Source of the DNA: Malacoraja senta
Taxonomy: Eukaryota
Length of the DNA: 20,377 nucleotides
Assembly (NCBI GenBank): GCA_038087875.1
Contig: JAXLNO010000480.1
Span: forward strand, 62,001 to 82,377
Direction: 5' to 3'
Part shown: positions 1 to 12,399 of the stretch, in pieces
How the letters are laid out: each line of letters begins with the position of its first letter
How positions within the stretch are numbered: position 1 is the first letter of the stretch
Notes under the pieces: generated by a model
What the model was told of the DNA's origin: nothing
Database searches by the model: none
Seen by the model: only the letters and a program-made list of their open reading frames with translations
Made by a program: the position numbers and the translations under genes

Positions 1-426
1 CCTCATATGACAGTCCGCATCCCAGGGATCAATCTCGTGAACCTACGCTGCACTGCCTGAATCACAAGGACGTCCTTCCTCAAATTAGGAGACCAAAACT
101 GTACACAATACTCCAGATGTGGTCTCACCAGAGACCTATACAACTGCAGAAGAACCTCTTTACTCCTATACTGAAATCCTCTTGTTATGAAAGCCAACAT
201 TCCATTAGCTTTCTTCACTGCCTGCTGTACCTGTAAGCCAACTCTCAGTGACCGGTGTACAAGGACACCCAGGTCTCGCTGTACCTCCCCTTACCTAACG
301 TAACCCATTGAGATAACCTCATCTGCCACGCATCTGCCCACTCACTCAACCTGTCCAGGTCACCCTGCATCCTCCTAACATCCTCTTCACAGCTCACACT
401 GCCACCCAGCTTTGTGTCATCCGCAA
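1..426 (-). mobile_element. CR1-clade LINE ORF2 fragment (RT C-terminal half, internal deletion near 315)
   Basis: Minus strand reads [35 protein letters not shown], then KKANGMLAFITRGFQYRSKEVLLQLYRSLVRPHLEYCVQFWSP (ORF 3..218); near-identical to the other CR1 copies in the window. Confidence 0.93.
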
Positions 427-521
427 TAGTGCAATAGAAATTAAAAGTTAATGCCTTGGTAGTTAAGTTTGCTACAAAAGTACATACTTAAATGTATTAA
501 TAAAAGTCTGAGGAACAGAAT

Positions 522-987
<466 letters not shown>

Positions 988-990
<3 letters not shown>

Positions 991-1145
991 GGTGTTGCAG
1001 TTTAGGAAGTCAAACCAGGGCAGGGGTCTTCACTGTGAATGGTGGGGCGCTGGCGGAATGTGTGGAGCCGAGGGATCTAGGAGTGCAAGTACGAGTTGGG
1101 CTGAAGGGCCTCTTTCCAGCGCTGTATCACTCTATGAATCTATGA
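988..1145 (+). mobile_element. CR1 fragment, internally deleted (RT piece joined directly to the 3' end)
   Basis: VLQFRKSNQGR..TVNG..EPRDLGVQV homology, then GTTGGGCTGAAGGGCC 3' stem-loop and a CTATGAATCTATGA tail. Confidence 0.75.
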
Positions 1146-1281
1146 CAAAGTGCTGGAGTAATTCAGCGGGTCAGGCAGCATCTGTGGAGAAGATAGACAC
1201 AAAGTGCTGGAGTAACTCAGCGGGTCAGGCAGCATCTGTGGAGAGAAGGAATGGGTGACATTTTGGGTCGAGACCCTTCTT
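1144..1281 (-). mobile_element. Penelope-derived terminal repeat (partly duplicated)
   Basis: ACAAAGTGCTGGAGTAA(C/T)TCAGCGGGTCAGGCAGCATCTGTGGA twice, then GGGTCGAGACCCTTCT; same family lies 3' of the Penelope coding remnants at 8411 and 16790. Confidence 0.65.
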
Positions 1282-1283
1282 TG

Positions 1284-1597
1284 GTTTAGTTTAGTTTAGA
1301 GATGCAGCGCGGAAACATGTCTTTCGGCCCATGGACTCTGCGCCGACCAGCGATCACCCCGTACACTAGCACTATCCTACGCACATCAGGGACAATTTAA
1401 CAATTTTGCGGAGTCCGATTAATTTACAACCCTGAACGTCTTTGAAATGTTGGAGGAAAACTGGAGCACCCGGAGTAAAAACCCACGCAGGTCAAGGGGA
1501 GAATGTGCAAACTCTGCACAGACAGCACCCGTAGTCAGGATCGAGCCCGGGTCTCTGGCGGCGAGGCAGCAACTGTACCGCTGCGCCCCTGTGCCGC
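1284..1597 (-). mobile_element. tRNA-derived V-SINE (HE1-like)
   Basis: Minus strand: A-box-like GGCGCAGCGG, B-box-like GGCTCGATCC, V-domain GAGTTTGCACATTCTCCCC..GCGTGGGTTTT..CCGGGTGCTCC, CR1-like 3' end GGGCCGAAAG and (CTAAA)n tail. Confidence 0.85.
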
Positions 1598-1669
1598 GCA
1601 GAATTATATAACTGTTTCCTCCGCCATAAATGCACCCAATATGTGCTAGTAATGTCCTGTTTACCAGCT

Positions 1670-1698
1670 TGTTGACCCTCTGTGTTCCCCTCCTGCAG
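1670..1698 (+). promoter_or_regulatory. Splice acceptor preceding the zinc-finger exon
   Basis: TGACCCTCTGTGTTCCCCTCCTGCAG|G: branch-like TGAC, pyrimidine tract and CAG, followed by a GC-rich exon. Confidence 0.6.
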
Positions 1699-1828
1699 GG
1701 CTTAGGAGCCGTTGCTGTGGCCGGAGAGACGGGGACATGAGGCGGGCCATTGAGGGCGGCCAGGGTGCCGGTGAGCCCCCCCCCCATCTGCTCTGTGTGT
1801 GGGCTGAGCTTCGAGGGGCTGAGATTCG

Positions 1829-4020
<2,192 letters not shown>

Positions 4021-4039
4021 GATTGGGGCTGTTTAGGTA

Positions 4040-4296
4040 GACACAAAATGCTGGGAGGAATGGGTAACGTTTCAGGGTCGAGACCCATCTTCAGTGTCGA
4101 CCTGAAACATCACCCATTCCTTGTCTCCAGAGATGCTGCCTGTCCCGCTGAGTTACTCCAGCACTCTGGAATGTCACCTATCCATGTTCTCCAGAGATGC
4201 TGCCTGTCCCGCTGAGTTACTCCAGCACTCTGAAATGTCACCTATCCATGTTCTCCACAGATGCTGCCTGACCCGCTGAGTTACTCCAGCACTCTG
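4040..4296. mobile_element. Penelope-derived repeat cluster: inverted copy plus three tandem 64-bp units
   Basis: Minus copy 4040-4094 with CTGAAGA..GAAACGT; GATGCTGCCTG..CCGCTGAGTTACTCCAGCACTCTG starts at 4132, 4196 and 4260. Confidence 0.7.
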
Positions 4297-4300
4297 CGTT

Positions 4301-4623
4301 AGTCATAGAGTGATACAGTGTGGAAACAGGCCCTTCGGCCCAACTTGTCCACACCGACTAACATGTCCCAGCTACACTAGATCCACCTGCCTGTGTTTGG
4401 TCCATATACCTCCAAACTTTTCCTATCCATGTAACTGTCTAACTGTTTCTTGGGATAGTCACAGCCTCAACTACCTCCTCTGACAGTTTGTTCCATACTG
4501 CCACCACCCTCTGTGTGAACAAGTTACCCCTCAGTTTCCTTTTAAATCTTTTTCCCTTCACCTTGAACTCATGTCCTCTGGTCCTCGATCCCCCCACTCT
4601 GGGCAAGAGATTCTGTGCATCTA
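4301..4623 (-). mobile_element. CR1 LINE 3' end
   Basis: Minus strand has the ORF2 C-terminal region, then GTTGGGCCGAAGGGCCTGTTTCCACACTGTATCACTCTATGACT terminus. Confidence 0.85.
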
Positions 4624-4644
4624 ACTAAATTGTGTTCTATGCAA

Positions 4645-5125
4645 GATTCCAGCATCTGCAGTATGTTGTGTCTCCCTCACCTATATCCACCTATCACTTC
4701 TGAAGAAGGGTCTCAACCTGAAACATCACCCATTCCTTCTCTCTAGAGATGCTGCCTGTCCCGCTGAGTTACTCCAGAATTTTGTGTCCACCTGTCACTT
4801 GCCAGGCTTTGTCCAGCCCCCATCTCTCTTTTCCAGCTTCCTCCCCCCACCCTCTCCACTCAGTCTGAAGAAGGGTCCTGACTCAAAACATCGTCTGTCC
4901 TTTCCCTCTAAAGCAGTGGAGGAACTCAGTAGGTCAGGCCGCATCTGTAGAGGGAAGGCAATCTAAGGCGACCACTCCCTCCTCTCCTTTCCAACTTTCT
5001 CCACCCCCCACACCAAGCAGTCTGAAGAAGGGTCCTGACCTAGAATGTTGCCTGTCCATGCTCTCCAGATGTGCAAGTTACTCCAGGAGATTGTGTCTCT
5101 CTTTGTAAACCGGCATCTGTGTTCC
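4645..5125 (+). mobile_element. Cluster of Penelope-derived terminal repeats (three hammerhead-like heads)
   Basis: CTGAAGAAGGGTC... at ~4700, ~4865 and ~5022, with GATGCTGCC/TTACTCCAG motifs and C/T-rich spacers. Confidence 0.65.
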
Positions 5126-5384
5126 TTCTTTACGTACGTGAAGAGGAAAACATTAGTTAAGACCAAAGTTGGACTCTTGAAGACTGAAAAAGGTGAATTT
5201 ATTATGGGGAACAAGGAAATGGCAGAGGGGTTGAACAGGTACTTTGGATCCATCTTCACTAAGGAGGACACAAACAATCTTCCTGATGTACTAGTGGCGA
5301 GAGGATCTGGGGTGACGGAGGAACTGAAGGAAATCCACATTAGGCAGGAAATGGTGTTGGATAGACTGATGGGACTGAAGGATG
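5126..5384 (+). mobile_element. CR1 ORF2 fragment, 5' part of an element split by a DNA transposon
   Basis: FFTYVKRKTLVKTKVGLLKTEKGEFIMGNKEMAEGLNRYFGSIFTKEDT...LMGLKD; continues in frame at 7639. Confidence 0.9.
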
Positions 5385-6075
5385 CAGGGCTCTCGCTTAA
5401 CTTTTTTTCCCTGTTGCCAGCCGGGCAACCTTGGCAGCTTTTTAGGTTGCCAAAAGACAGTTTAGGTGGTCATTTAAGATGGCTTGCATGACGCGTGCGA
5501 TAATGTGCTCAGACGAAGTGCGTAGTTACCATTGGAATTATACTCAATGAAGCATTCACATATTATTTCTGCTTCAAATAAAGTCACAAACTAAACATAT
5601 TCACCAATCAAGACATGATATATCCCACAATGACATGCAGCAAAATTATAAGACAGTATCTCAACTCTTTTTACACATTGCAATTAATGCAATTACTATT
5701 AGTTCTTTCCACTTCCAAACAAAAATGTGGTTGGATTATTCAGCGTATGATCAACCTGTGTCAATAAATCCTGGACCATGGTAACATATATGTGTACGTA
5801 TAGTTGTGAATGTTGCTCATTAAATAACTACAGTACTGATACTCCATATTAAGAGCATTGATTTGCCGTTAAAATGAATTCTGTAATAACGTGTCAACAG
5901 TAGCAGTGACAATCGAACACTGCGGTTGTAATGTTTCACGTGTTCACAATTTAATTAATCCATCTTTATGGATTAAAACAAATAATAACATTGGGAATTA
6001 AAACACATTTGATTGCATTCCGTTATCAAACATAGTCAATGTTCGCTCTGAAGACATTTCCAGCACAATAGGGTC

Positions 6076-6925
6076 AGGGAGGGGTGTGTGTGTGAATCAG
6101 TGCGGGGTGGATAGGTGGGGGGGGGGGTGGTGGTTAGAAGGCAGTTGGTGCAGAATGGATGGATTGAGGCAGGTGAATTAGTACGTGTTGGTTGGAGTTG
6201 GTAAAATTGTGAGGGGAGAGCACGGGGGATGTCAGTGGTGTTGAATGGGGGGGTTCAGTACGGGATGGATGGGGTAGACAAAAGTGCTGGAGAAACTCAG
6301 CGGGTGAGGCAGCATCTATGGAGCGAAGGAAATAGGCTACGTTTCAGGTCGAGACCCTTCTTCAGACTTCCCCCCATTCTTCTTGAATGGGAGGATCAGT
6401 ACAGGATGGATGTGGGGGGTGAGATCAGCGCAGGATGAATGGGGGGAGATCAACGCAGGATGAATGGGGGGGGGGTCAGTACAGTGTGGATCGGAGGGTG
6501 AGCAGGATGAATGGGTGATCACTACAGGATGAATGAGGGGAAGGGGGAAGGTGCAGGGTAAATGGAGGGTGGGTTAGTACGGGATGAATGCGTGGATTAG
6601 TACAGGATGGATGGCAGATCAGTACCGGATGGATGGAGGTGAAGTGCAGGATGGATGGGAAAGGGGTAAGTACAGGATGAATTGGGGAACCAGTGTAGTA
6701 TGGATGGGGGGGGGGGGTGTGGCAGGAGAATCAATGCGAGGTGGATAGGGTGATCAGCGCAGGATGAATAGATGGGGGGGCGGGTAGATGTGGAGGGGAG
6801 CACAGGGGATGTCAGTGAGGACTGAATAGAGGAGGGAATGGGGATCAGTGCGGGATGGAGTAGATGGGTCCCAGGATTAGGGGGTGGAGGGGGCGTACAA
6901 GCGAGAGGGAGAGGTGGGGAGGCAC
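6076..6925. repeat. G-rich degenerate tandem low-complexity region inside the transposon
   Basis: Recurrent (T)CAGTACAGGATG(A/G)ATGGG-like motifs and G runs. Confidence 0.7.
6277..6368 (-). mobile_element. Penelope-derived repeat nested in the DNA transposon
   Basis: Minus strand AGTCTGAAGAAGGGTCTCGACCTGAAACGTAGCC..GATGCTGCCTCACCCGCTGAGTTTCTCCAGC. Confidence 0.7.
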
Positions 6926-7073
6926 TAAGGTCAGCGCTCCTCGGACAACATCGCCCCGCTGCCTTGGCCGTTGGGAACTCCTCGCCACCGCCTCCCTCCT
7001 CCGCCAGCCAACAGCAAGGTGCAGCTCAGAGACCCTATACCTATAAGATCTTTGGTGCAGCTGCTTCAAACAA

Positions 7074-7391
7074 GTCGGAGCGAATGACGGGCCCCGAACA
7101 GCGGCAGCAGCGGCCGTGACGGCGGCTCCATCTCCTCCTTCCGCACCCCGCCCACCCTGATCAGGGCCTCTGCTTGTAAATCCGGTAACGGCGCAAAACA
7201 AACCCTCCCGCACTCCGAGGCCTCTCCCTCCCTCCCTCCCGGCCTCGGCGTGCGGGAGGGTTTGTTTTGAAAGCGGTTATCGCCGTTAGCGGATTTACAA
7301 GCAGCGGCCCTTCTCAGGGCGGGCGTGGGACGGGAGGAGGAGGAGATGGAGCCGCTGCTGCCGCTGTTTGGGGCCCGTCATTCGCTCCGAC
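7074..7391. repeat. Long imperfect GC-rich inverted repeat (~150-bp arms, 18-nt loop)
   Basis: GTCGGAGCGAATGACGGGCCCC / GGGGCCCGTCATTCGCTCCGAC; CTGCTTGTAAATCCG / CGGATTTACAAGCAG; CAAAACAAACCCTCCCGCAC / GTGCGGGAGGGTTTGTTTTG; loop 7223-7240. Confidence 0.92.
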
Positions 7392-7457
7392 CCTTCGTCA
7401 CCCCGCACCTCGTATCTTTGCCCCGCACGGCCGCCGCCGCCACCACAAAACATCGCG

Positions 7458-7538
7458 TTCCTTTTCTCCAGAGATGCTGCCTGACCCGCGGAGTTACTCC
7501 AGTTTTTTGTGTCTATCTTTGGTACAAACCAGTATCTG
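7458..7538 (+). mobile_element. Penelope-derived repeat fragment inside the DNA transposon
   Basis: TTCTCCAGAGATGCTGCCTGACCCGCGGAGTTACTCCAG..GTGTCTATCTTTGGTACAAACCAG. Confidence 0.6.
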
Positions 7539-7633
7539 GTTGCCAAGCCGGGCAAAATAACTCGGTGTTTATGTTGCCCGGCGGCGCTTTGAATGGTCAG
7601 TGGCACCCGGGCAACCTCTAATTTCGAGCCCTG

Positions 7634-8171
7634 GGATGATAAATACCCTGGGCCTGATGGTCTGCATCCCAGAGTACTTAAGGAAGTGGCTCTAGAAATT
7701 GTGGACACATTGGTGATCATTTTCCAATGTTCCATAGATTCAGGATCAGTTGCTGTGGATTGGAGGGTAGCTAATGTTATCCCACTTTTTAAGAAAGGCG
7801 GGAGAGAGAAAACAGAGAATTATAGACCAGTTAGCCTGACATCGGTGGTGGGGAAGATGCTGGAGTCAATTATAAAAGATGAAATAGCCGAACATTTGGA
7901 TAGCAGTAACAGGATCGGTCCGAGTCAGCATGGATTTACGAAGGGGAAATCATGCTGGACTAATCTTCTGGAATTTTTTGAGGCTGTAACTAGGAAAATG
8001 GACAAGGGAGAGCCAGTGGATGTAGTGTACCTGGACTTTCAGAAAGCATTTGATAAGGTCCCACATAGGAGATTAGTGGGCAAATTTAGGGCAAAGGGCA
8101 TTGGGGGTAGAGTGCTGACACGGATAGAAAATTGGTTGGCAGACAGGAAACACAGAGTAGGGATTAACGGG
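7634..8171 (+). mobile_element. CR1 ORF2 RT N-terminal region, 3' part of the split element
   Basis: DKYPGPDGLHPRVLKEVA..NYRPVSLTS..QHGFTKGKSC..YLDFQKAFDKVPH..RKHRVGING (ORF 7593..8243). Confidence 0.93.
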
Positions 8172-8405
8172 CCACATAGACTGGGAAACATATTCTGTAA
8201 AAGGGCTGGATGGTTTGGAGTTTGTAAAATGAGTGCAGGATAGTTTTTTGCAGCAATACATAGAGGTACCTACTAGAGAAGGGGCAGTGCTGGGCCTCCT
8301 GTTAGGAAATGAGACAGGTCAGTTGATGGAGGTATGTGTTGGGGAGCACTTCGGGTCCAGTGATCACAATACCATTAGTTTCAATATAATTATGGAGAAG
8401 GTCAG
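8172..8405 (+). mobile_element. CR1 AP-endonuclease domain C-terminal fragment
   Basis: PHIDWETYSVKGLDGLEFVK*VQDSFLQQYIEVPTREGAVLGLLLGNE..GEHFGSSDHNTISF, including the APE SDH motif. Confidence 0.85.
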
Positions 8406-8410
8406 AACTG

Positions 8411-8745
8411 GATCTCCCGGTTCCCAACCATTTTAACTCCCCTTTCTACTCCCACAGTGATGTTTCTGTCCTGGGCCTCCTCCATTGCCAGAGTGAGGTG
8501 ACACGCAAACTGGAGGAACAGCACCTCATAGCTTACAGCCCAATGACATGAACATTGAATTCTCCAAATTAAGGAAACTTCCCCCTCCTAATCAAGTCCT
8601 GGAGTCTGTCCCAACCGCATCTCTTTATTCCAGCTTTCTCCCCCGACTCCATCAGTCCAAAGAAGGGTCCAGACCCGACACGTCGCCTGTCCATTCCCCT
8701 CCAAAGTGCCGGTAGTACTCAGCAGGTCAGCCATCCGTGGTGAGA
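8411..8745 (+). mobile_element. Penelope-like element 3' end: GIY-YIG endonuclease C-terminus plus terminal repeat
   Basis: DLPVPNHFNSPFYSHSDVSVLGLLHCQSEVTRKLEEQHLI/LQPNDMNIEFS (manual translation), then decayed CAGTCCAAAGAAGGGTCCAGACCCGACACGTC. Confidence 0.8.
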
Positions 8746-8789
8746 ACTTTGGCCCTTCCAGCCATCACCGCCATTCAATGTGATTCCGC

Positions 8790-8927
8790 TGTGTGGATGT
8801 TTATGTTAGATTTTATTTTATGTGGCTGTGTGTCTTGTTGCTTTTTACTCAGTATGGCTGTATGGTAACTCAAATATCACTGTCCCATAATTGGTGGATG
8901 TGACAATAAATACCAACTTGAACTTGA
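8790..8927 (+). mobile_element. 3' end of another LINE family (Rex1/Babar-like)
   Basis: T-rich UTR, TATCACTGTCCC..GGATGTGACAATAAA, short (ACTTGA)2 tail. Confidence 0.45.
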
Positions 8928-9620
8928 TCAGCTTTTGTCTATATATTAAATAAAGGATAATGCTGACTGATCGTGCACAATTGTGACGGCTTGATTTCAA
9001 AGACAGGACAGGACAGGGACATTCCCTGAGGGATTCGCGTGGTTGGAAGAGGTTTCGTCTGTGTTTTTCTCCCTCGGTTGTTGTCCGGGGAGGAAGGCGG
9101 CGGCACTCGGCCCGTCGGGGCTAGGATGCGCGGGAAGAAGGCTGAGCTTGGATTGAGGCTTGGAAGGCTGAGCTCGCCTCCCCTGCCCTGACCCGCATCT
9201 GGTCCACCACGGAGGGGGAAGCGAGCAAACTCCACACGGACAGTGTCGTTGGTCGCCCTGCCCGGCGACAGGCCCTTCGGCCCCTCTCGTCCGTGCAACC
9301 CCGGGCTTTCTGCAACACAATCTTGCACTGTTCTGCACTGGATATTGCATTTGTTGCGTTTGTCATCACTGTATGTACACTGCTCTGGCGGCTGCGTGTG
9401 AACGGGAGATTTCATCGTCTCCCGATCGATGTGCAGAACAACAACTAATGAAACATCTGGAACACAGTTCTCCTGGGTTGCTGCAGGCTGAAGCATCAAA
9501 CTACTACCCTGTTGAGCCCCGTCAGACCCACAGCACAGAAACACACAGCCATGCCTATCGAAGCTAGTCCCACATGCCCACGTCTGGCCTCTCACCCTCT
9601 CTGCCTTTCCCACTCATGCC

Positions 9621-9712
9621 TTTAGAAAGGAGATGAGGAGGAATTTCTTTAGCCGGAGGGTGGTGAATCTGTGGAATTCATTGCCACAGAGGGTGGTGGA
9701 GGCCAAGTCACC
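9621..9712 (+). mobile_element. CR1 ORF2 C-terminal fragment
   Basis: FRKEMRRNFFSRRVVNLWNSLPQRVVEAKS. Confidence 0.85.
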
Positions 9713-9720
9713 GGGTATTG

Positions 9721-10018
9721 TTTCGATTTTAGAGATACTGCGCAGAAACAGGCCCTTCGGCCCAACGAGTCATCGCCGACCAGTGATCACCCCGTATACT
9801 AGCTCCATCCTACACACATTAGGGACAATTTTACAGAAGCCAATTAACCTACAAACCAGCAGGTCTTTAGAATGCGGAAGGTAACCGGAGCACCCGGAGA
9901 AAACCCACGCAGGTCACGGGGAGAACGTGCAAACTCCGTACAGACAGCACCCGTATTGAGGATGGAACCCGGGTCTCTGGCGCTGTGAGGCAGCAACTCT
10001 ACCGCTGCACAACTGTGT
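9721..10018 (-). mobile_element. tRNA-derived V-SINE (HE1-like), second copy
   Basis: Collinear with 1284-1597: GTGCAGCGGTAGAG, GGGTTCCATCC, V-domain and GGGCCGAAGGGCCTG end. Confidence 0.85.
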
Positions 10019-10106
10019 ATTTTTGCTATCTATCATTTCATTTATTACTCACACCAGCAGAGTTGTACACAAATGGTTCACATTAATGATGTCAATCTGA
10101 GGGGAG

Positions 10107-11500
10107 GTGGGACTAGTGTAGATGGGGCATGTTGGTCGGGGTGGGACTAGTGTAGATGGGGCATGTTGGTCGGGGTGGGACTAGTGTAGATGGGGCATGT
10201 TGGTCGGGGTGGGACTAGTGTAGATGGGGCATGTTGGTCGGGGTGGGACTAGTGTAGATGGGGCATGTTGGTCGGGGTGGGACTAGTGTAGATGGGGCAT
10301 GTTGGTCGGGGTGGGACTAGTGTAGATGGGGCATGTTGGTCGGGGTGGGACTAGTGTAGATGGGGCATGTTGGTCACTGTGGGACTAGTGTAGATGGGGC
10401 ATGTTGGGCGGGGTGGGACTAGTGTAGATGGGGCATGTTGGTCGGGGTGGGACTAGTGTAGATGGGGCATGTTGGTCGGGGTGGGACTGGTGTAGATGGG
10501 GCATGTTGGTCGGGGTGGGACTAGTGTAGATGGGGCATGTTGGTCGGGGTGGGACTAGTGTAGATGGGGCATGTTGGTCACTGTGGGACTAGTGTAGATG
10601 GGGCATGTTGGGCGGGGTGGGACTAGTGTAGATGGGGCATGTTGGTCGGGGTGGGACTAGTGTAGATGGGGCATGTTGGTCGGGGTGGGACTGGTGTAGA
10701 TGGGGCATGTTGGTCGGGGTGGGACTAGTGTAGATGGGGCATGTTGGTCGGGGTGGGACTAGTGTAGATGGGGCATGTTGGTCACTGTGGGACTAGTGTA
10801 GATGGGGCATGTTGGGCGGGGTGGGACTAGTGTAGATGGGGCATGTTGGTCGGGGTGGGACTAGTGTAGATGGGGCATGTTGGTCGGGGTGGGACTAGTG
10901 TAGATGGGGCATGTTGGTCGGGGTGGGACTAGTGTAGATGGGGCATGTTGGTCGGGGTGGGACTAGTGTAGATGGGGCATGTTGGTCGGGGTGGGACTAG
11001 TGTAGATGGGGCATGTTGGTCGGGGTGGGACTAGTGTAGGTGGGGCATGTTAGTCAGGGTGGGACTAGTGTAGATGGGGCATGTTGGTCGGGGTGGGACT
11101 AGTGTAGATGGGGCATGTTGGTCGGGGTGGGACTAGTGTAGATGGGGCATGTTGGTCGGGGTGGGACTAGTGTAGATGGGGCATGTTGGTCGGGGTGGGA
11201 TTAGTGTAGATGGGGCATGTTAGTCGGGGTGGGACTAGTGTAGATGGGGCATGTTGGTCGGGGTGGGACTAGTGTAGATGGGGCATGTTGGTCGGGGTGG
11301 GACTAGGGTAGATGGGGCATGTTGGTCGGGGTGGGACTAGTGTAGATGGGGCATGTTGGTCGGGGTGGGATTAGTGTAGATGGGGCATGTTGGTCGGGGT
11401 GGGACTAGTGTAGATGGGGCATGTTGGTCGGGGTGGGACTAGTGTAGATGGGGCATGTTGGTCGGGGTGGGACTAGGGTAGATGGGGCATGTTGGTCGGG
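10107..11500 (+). repeat. 34-bp minisatellite, 41 copies, derived from CR1 3' UTR
   Basis: Unit GTGGGACTAGTGTAGATGGGGCATGTTGGTCGGG; followed by the CR1 terminus GTGGGCAAGTTGGGCCGAAGG..GACTCTATGA (11501-11552). Confidence 0.97.
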
Positions 11501-11704
11501 GTGGGCAAGTTGGGCCGAAGGAAGGGCCTTTTTCCATGCTGTGACTCTATGAACTTCCAAGAGTAACATTCTCCTTTCTCTGGGTCATTCATTGTTAACA
11601 AAGAAAGTTTACTTTTCCTGTTTAAATGTCCACAGTAAAGTCTAGTCAGAAGTGAGCCCACCTGCTTCAGCCATGATGAATTAACAAATCACCACTATTC
11701 ACTT

Positions 11705-11915
11705 CTCAGACGTTAGAATTGGTCAGAACATTCCCTCCACCGTGACCCTTGACACCAATGTCCCTCGGGGTCATGACCTTGCCACCCCCAACTTGTGGCC
11801 GGGTCTCAGGCCAGTGGGATCCAGACGTCCGTCCACTGGTCAGAACAGTATTTCAGCCACATGAGCAGCAAAGATGAGATAGAATATGGGAAAGACATTG
11901 AGAACCTTCTGTCGT
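11705..11915 (+). mobile_element. Highly decayed RT fragment (Rex1/Babar-like)
   Basis: VRIGQNIPSTVTLDTNVPRG and SSKDEIEYGKDIENLLS resemble the RT segments around G.PQG and after ADD. Confidence 0.45.
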
Positions 11916-11979
11916 GAAGGGCCGAATGGCCCACTCCTGCACCTATGGTCCGGATAACAATCCATCCCTCAACATCTAG

Positions 11980-12372
11980 AAGATTGGGGGGGGGGGGGGC
12001 ATTGAAACGTCACCAAACAGTGAAAGGCCCGGATAGAGTGGATGTGGAGAGGATGTTTCCACTAGTGGGAGAGTCTAGGACCAGAGGGCACAGCCTCAGA
12101 ATTAAAGGACATTCCTTTAGGGAGACGAGGAGGAAATTCTTTAGCCAGAGGGTGGTGAATCTGTGGGATTCATTGCCACAGACGGCGATGGAGGCCACAA
12201 GTCAGTGGATATATTTAAGGCAGAGATAGATTGTTGATGAGTGCGGGTGTCAGGGGTTATGGGGAGAAGGCAGGAGAATGGGGCTAGGAGGGAGAGATAG
12301 ATCAGCCGTGATTGAATGGTGGGGTAGACTCGATGGGCTGAATGGCCTAATTCTGATTCTGTGTGTTATGGT
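11980..12372 (+). mobile_element. CR1 LINE 3' portion
   Basis: DRVDVERMFPLVGESRTRGHSLRIKG..FFSQRVVNLWDSLP, then UTR and GGGCTGAATGGCC stem-loop. Confidence 0.9.
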
Positions 12373-12399
12373 CGTCTCTGACAAGGAAATGCAAGCAGC

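Larger units (their letters stand above)
5385..7633. mobile_element. Non-autonomous TIR DNA transposon (hAT-like ends), 5-bp TSD GGATG
   Basis: Ends CAGGGCTC (5385) and GAGCCCTG (7633); GGATG at 5380-5384 and 7634-7638; subterminal GTTGCC/GGCAAC motifs at both ends; removal restores the CR1 frame. No transposase ORF recognised. Confidence 0.88.

Noticed and set aside
5500..6060. Transposase remnant in the AT-rich interior of the DNA transposon
   Set aside because: No ORF or recognisable BED/DDE/dimerisation motif by eye; a translated profile search would be needed.
8939..9613. 224-aa minus-strand ORF
   Set aside because: No recognisable domain; it crosses repeat scraps and GC-rich sequence where stops are rare.
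10107..11500. CRISPR-like regular repeats (also the 26-bp and 26/28-bp arrays)
   Set aside because: Head-to-tail units with no unique spacers, no cas genes, and a vertebrate context.
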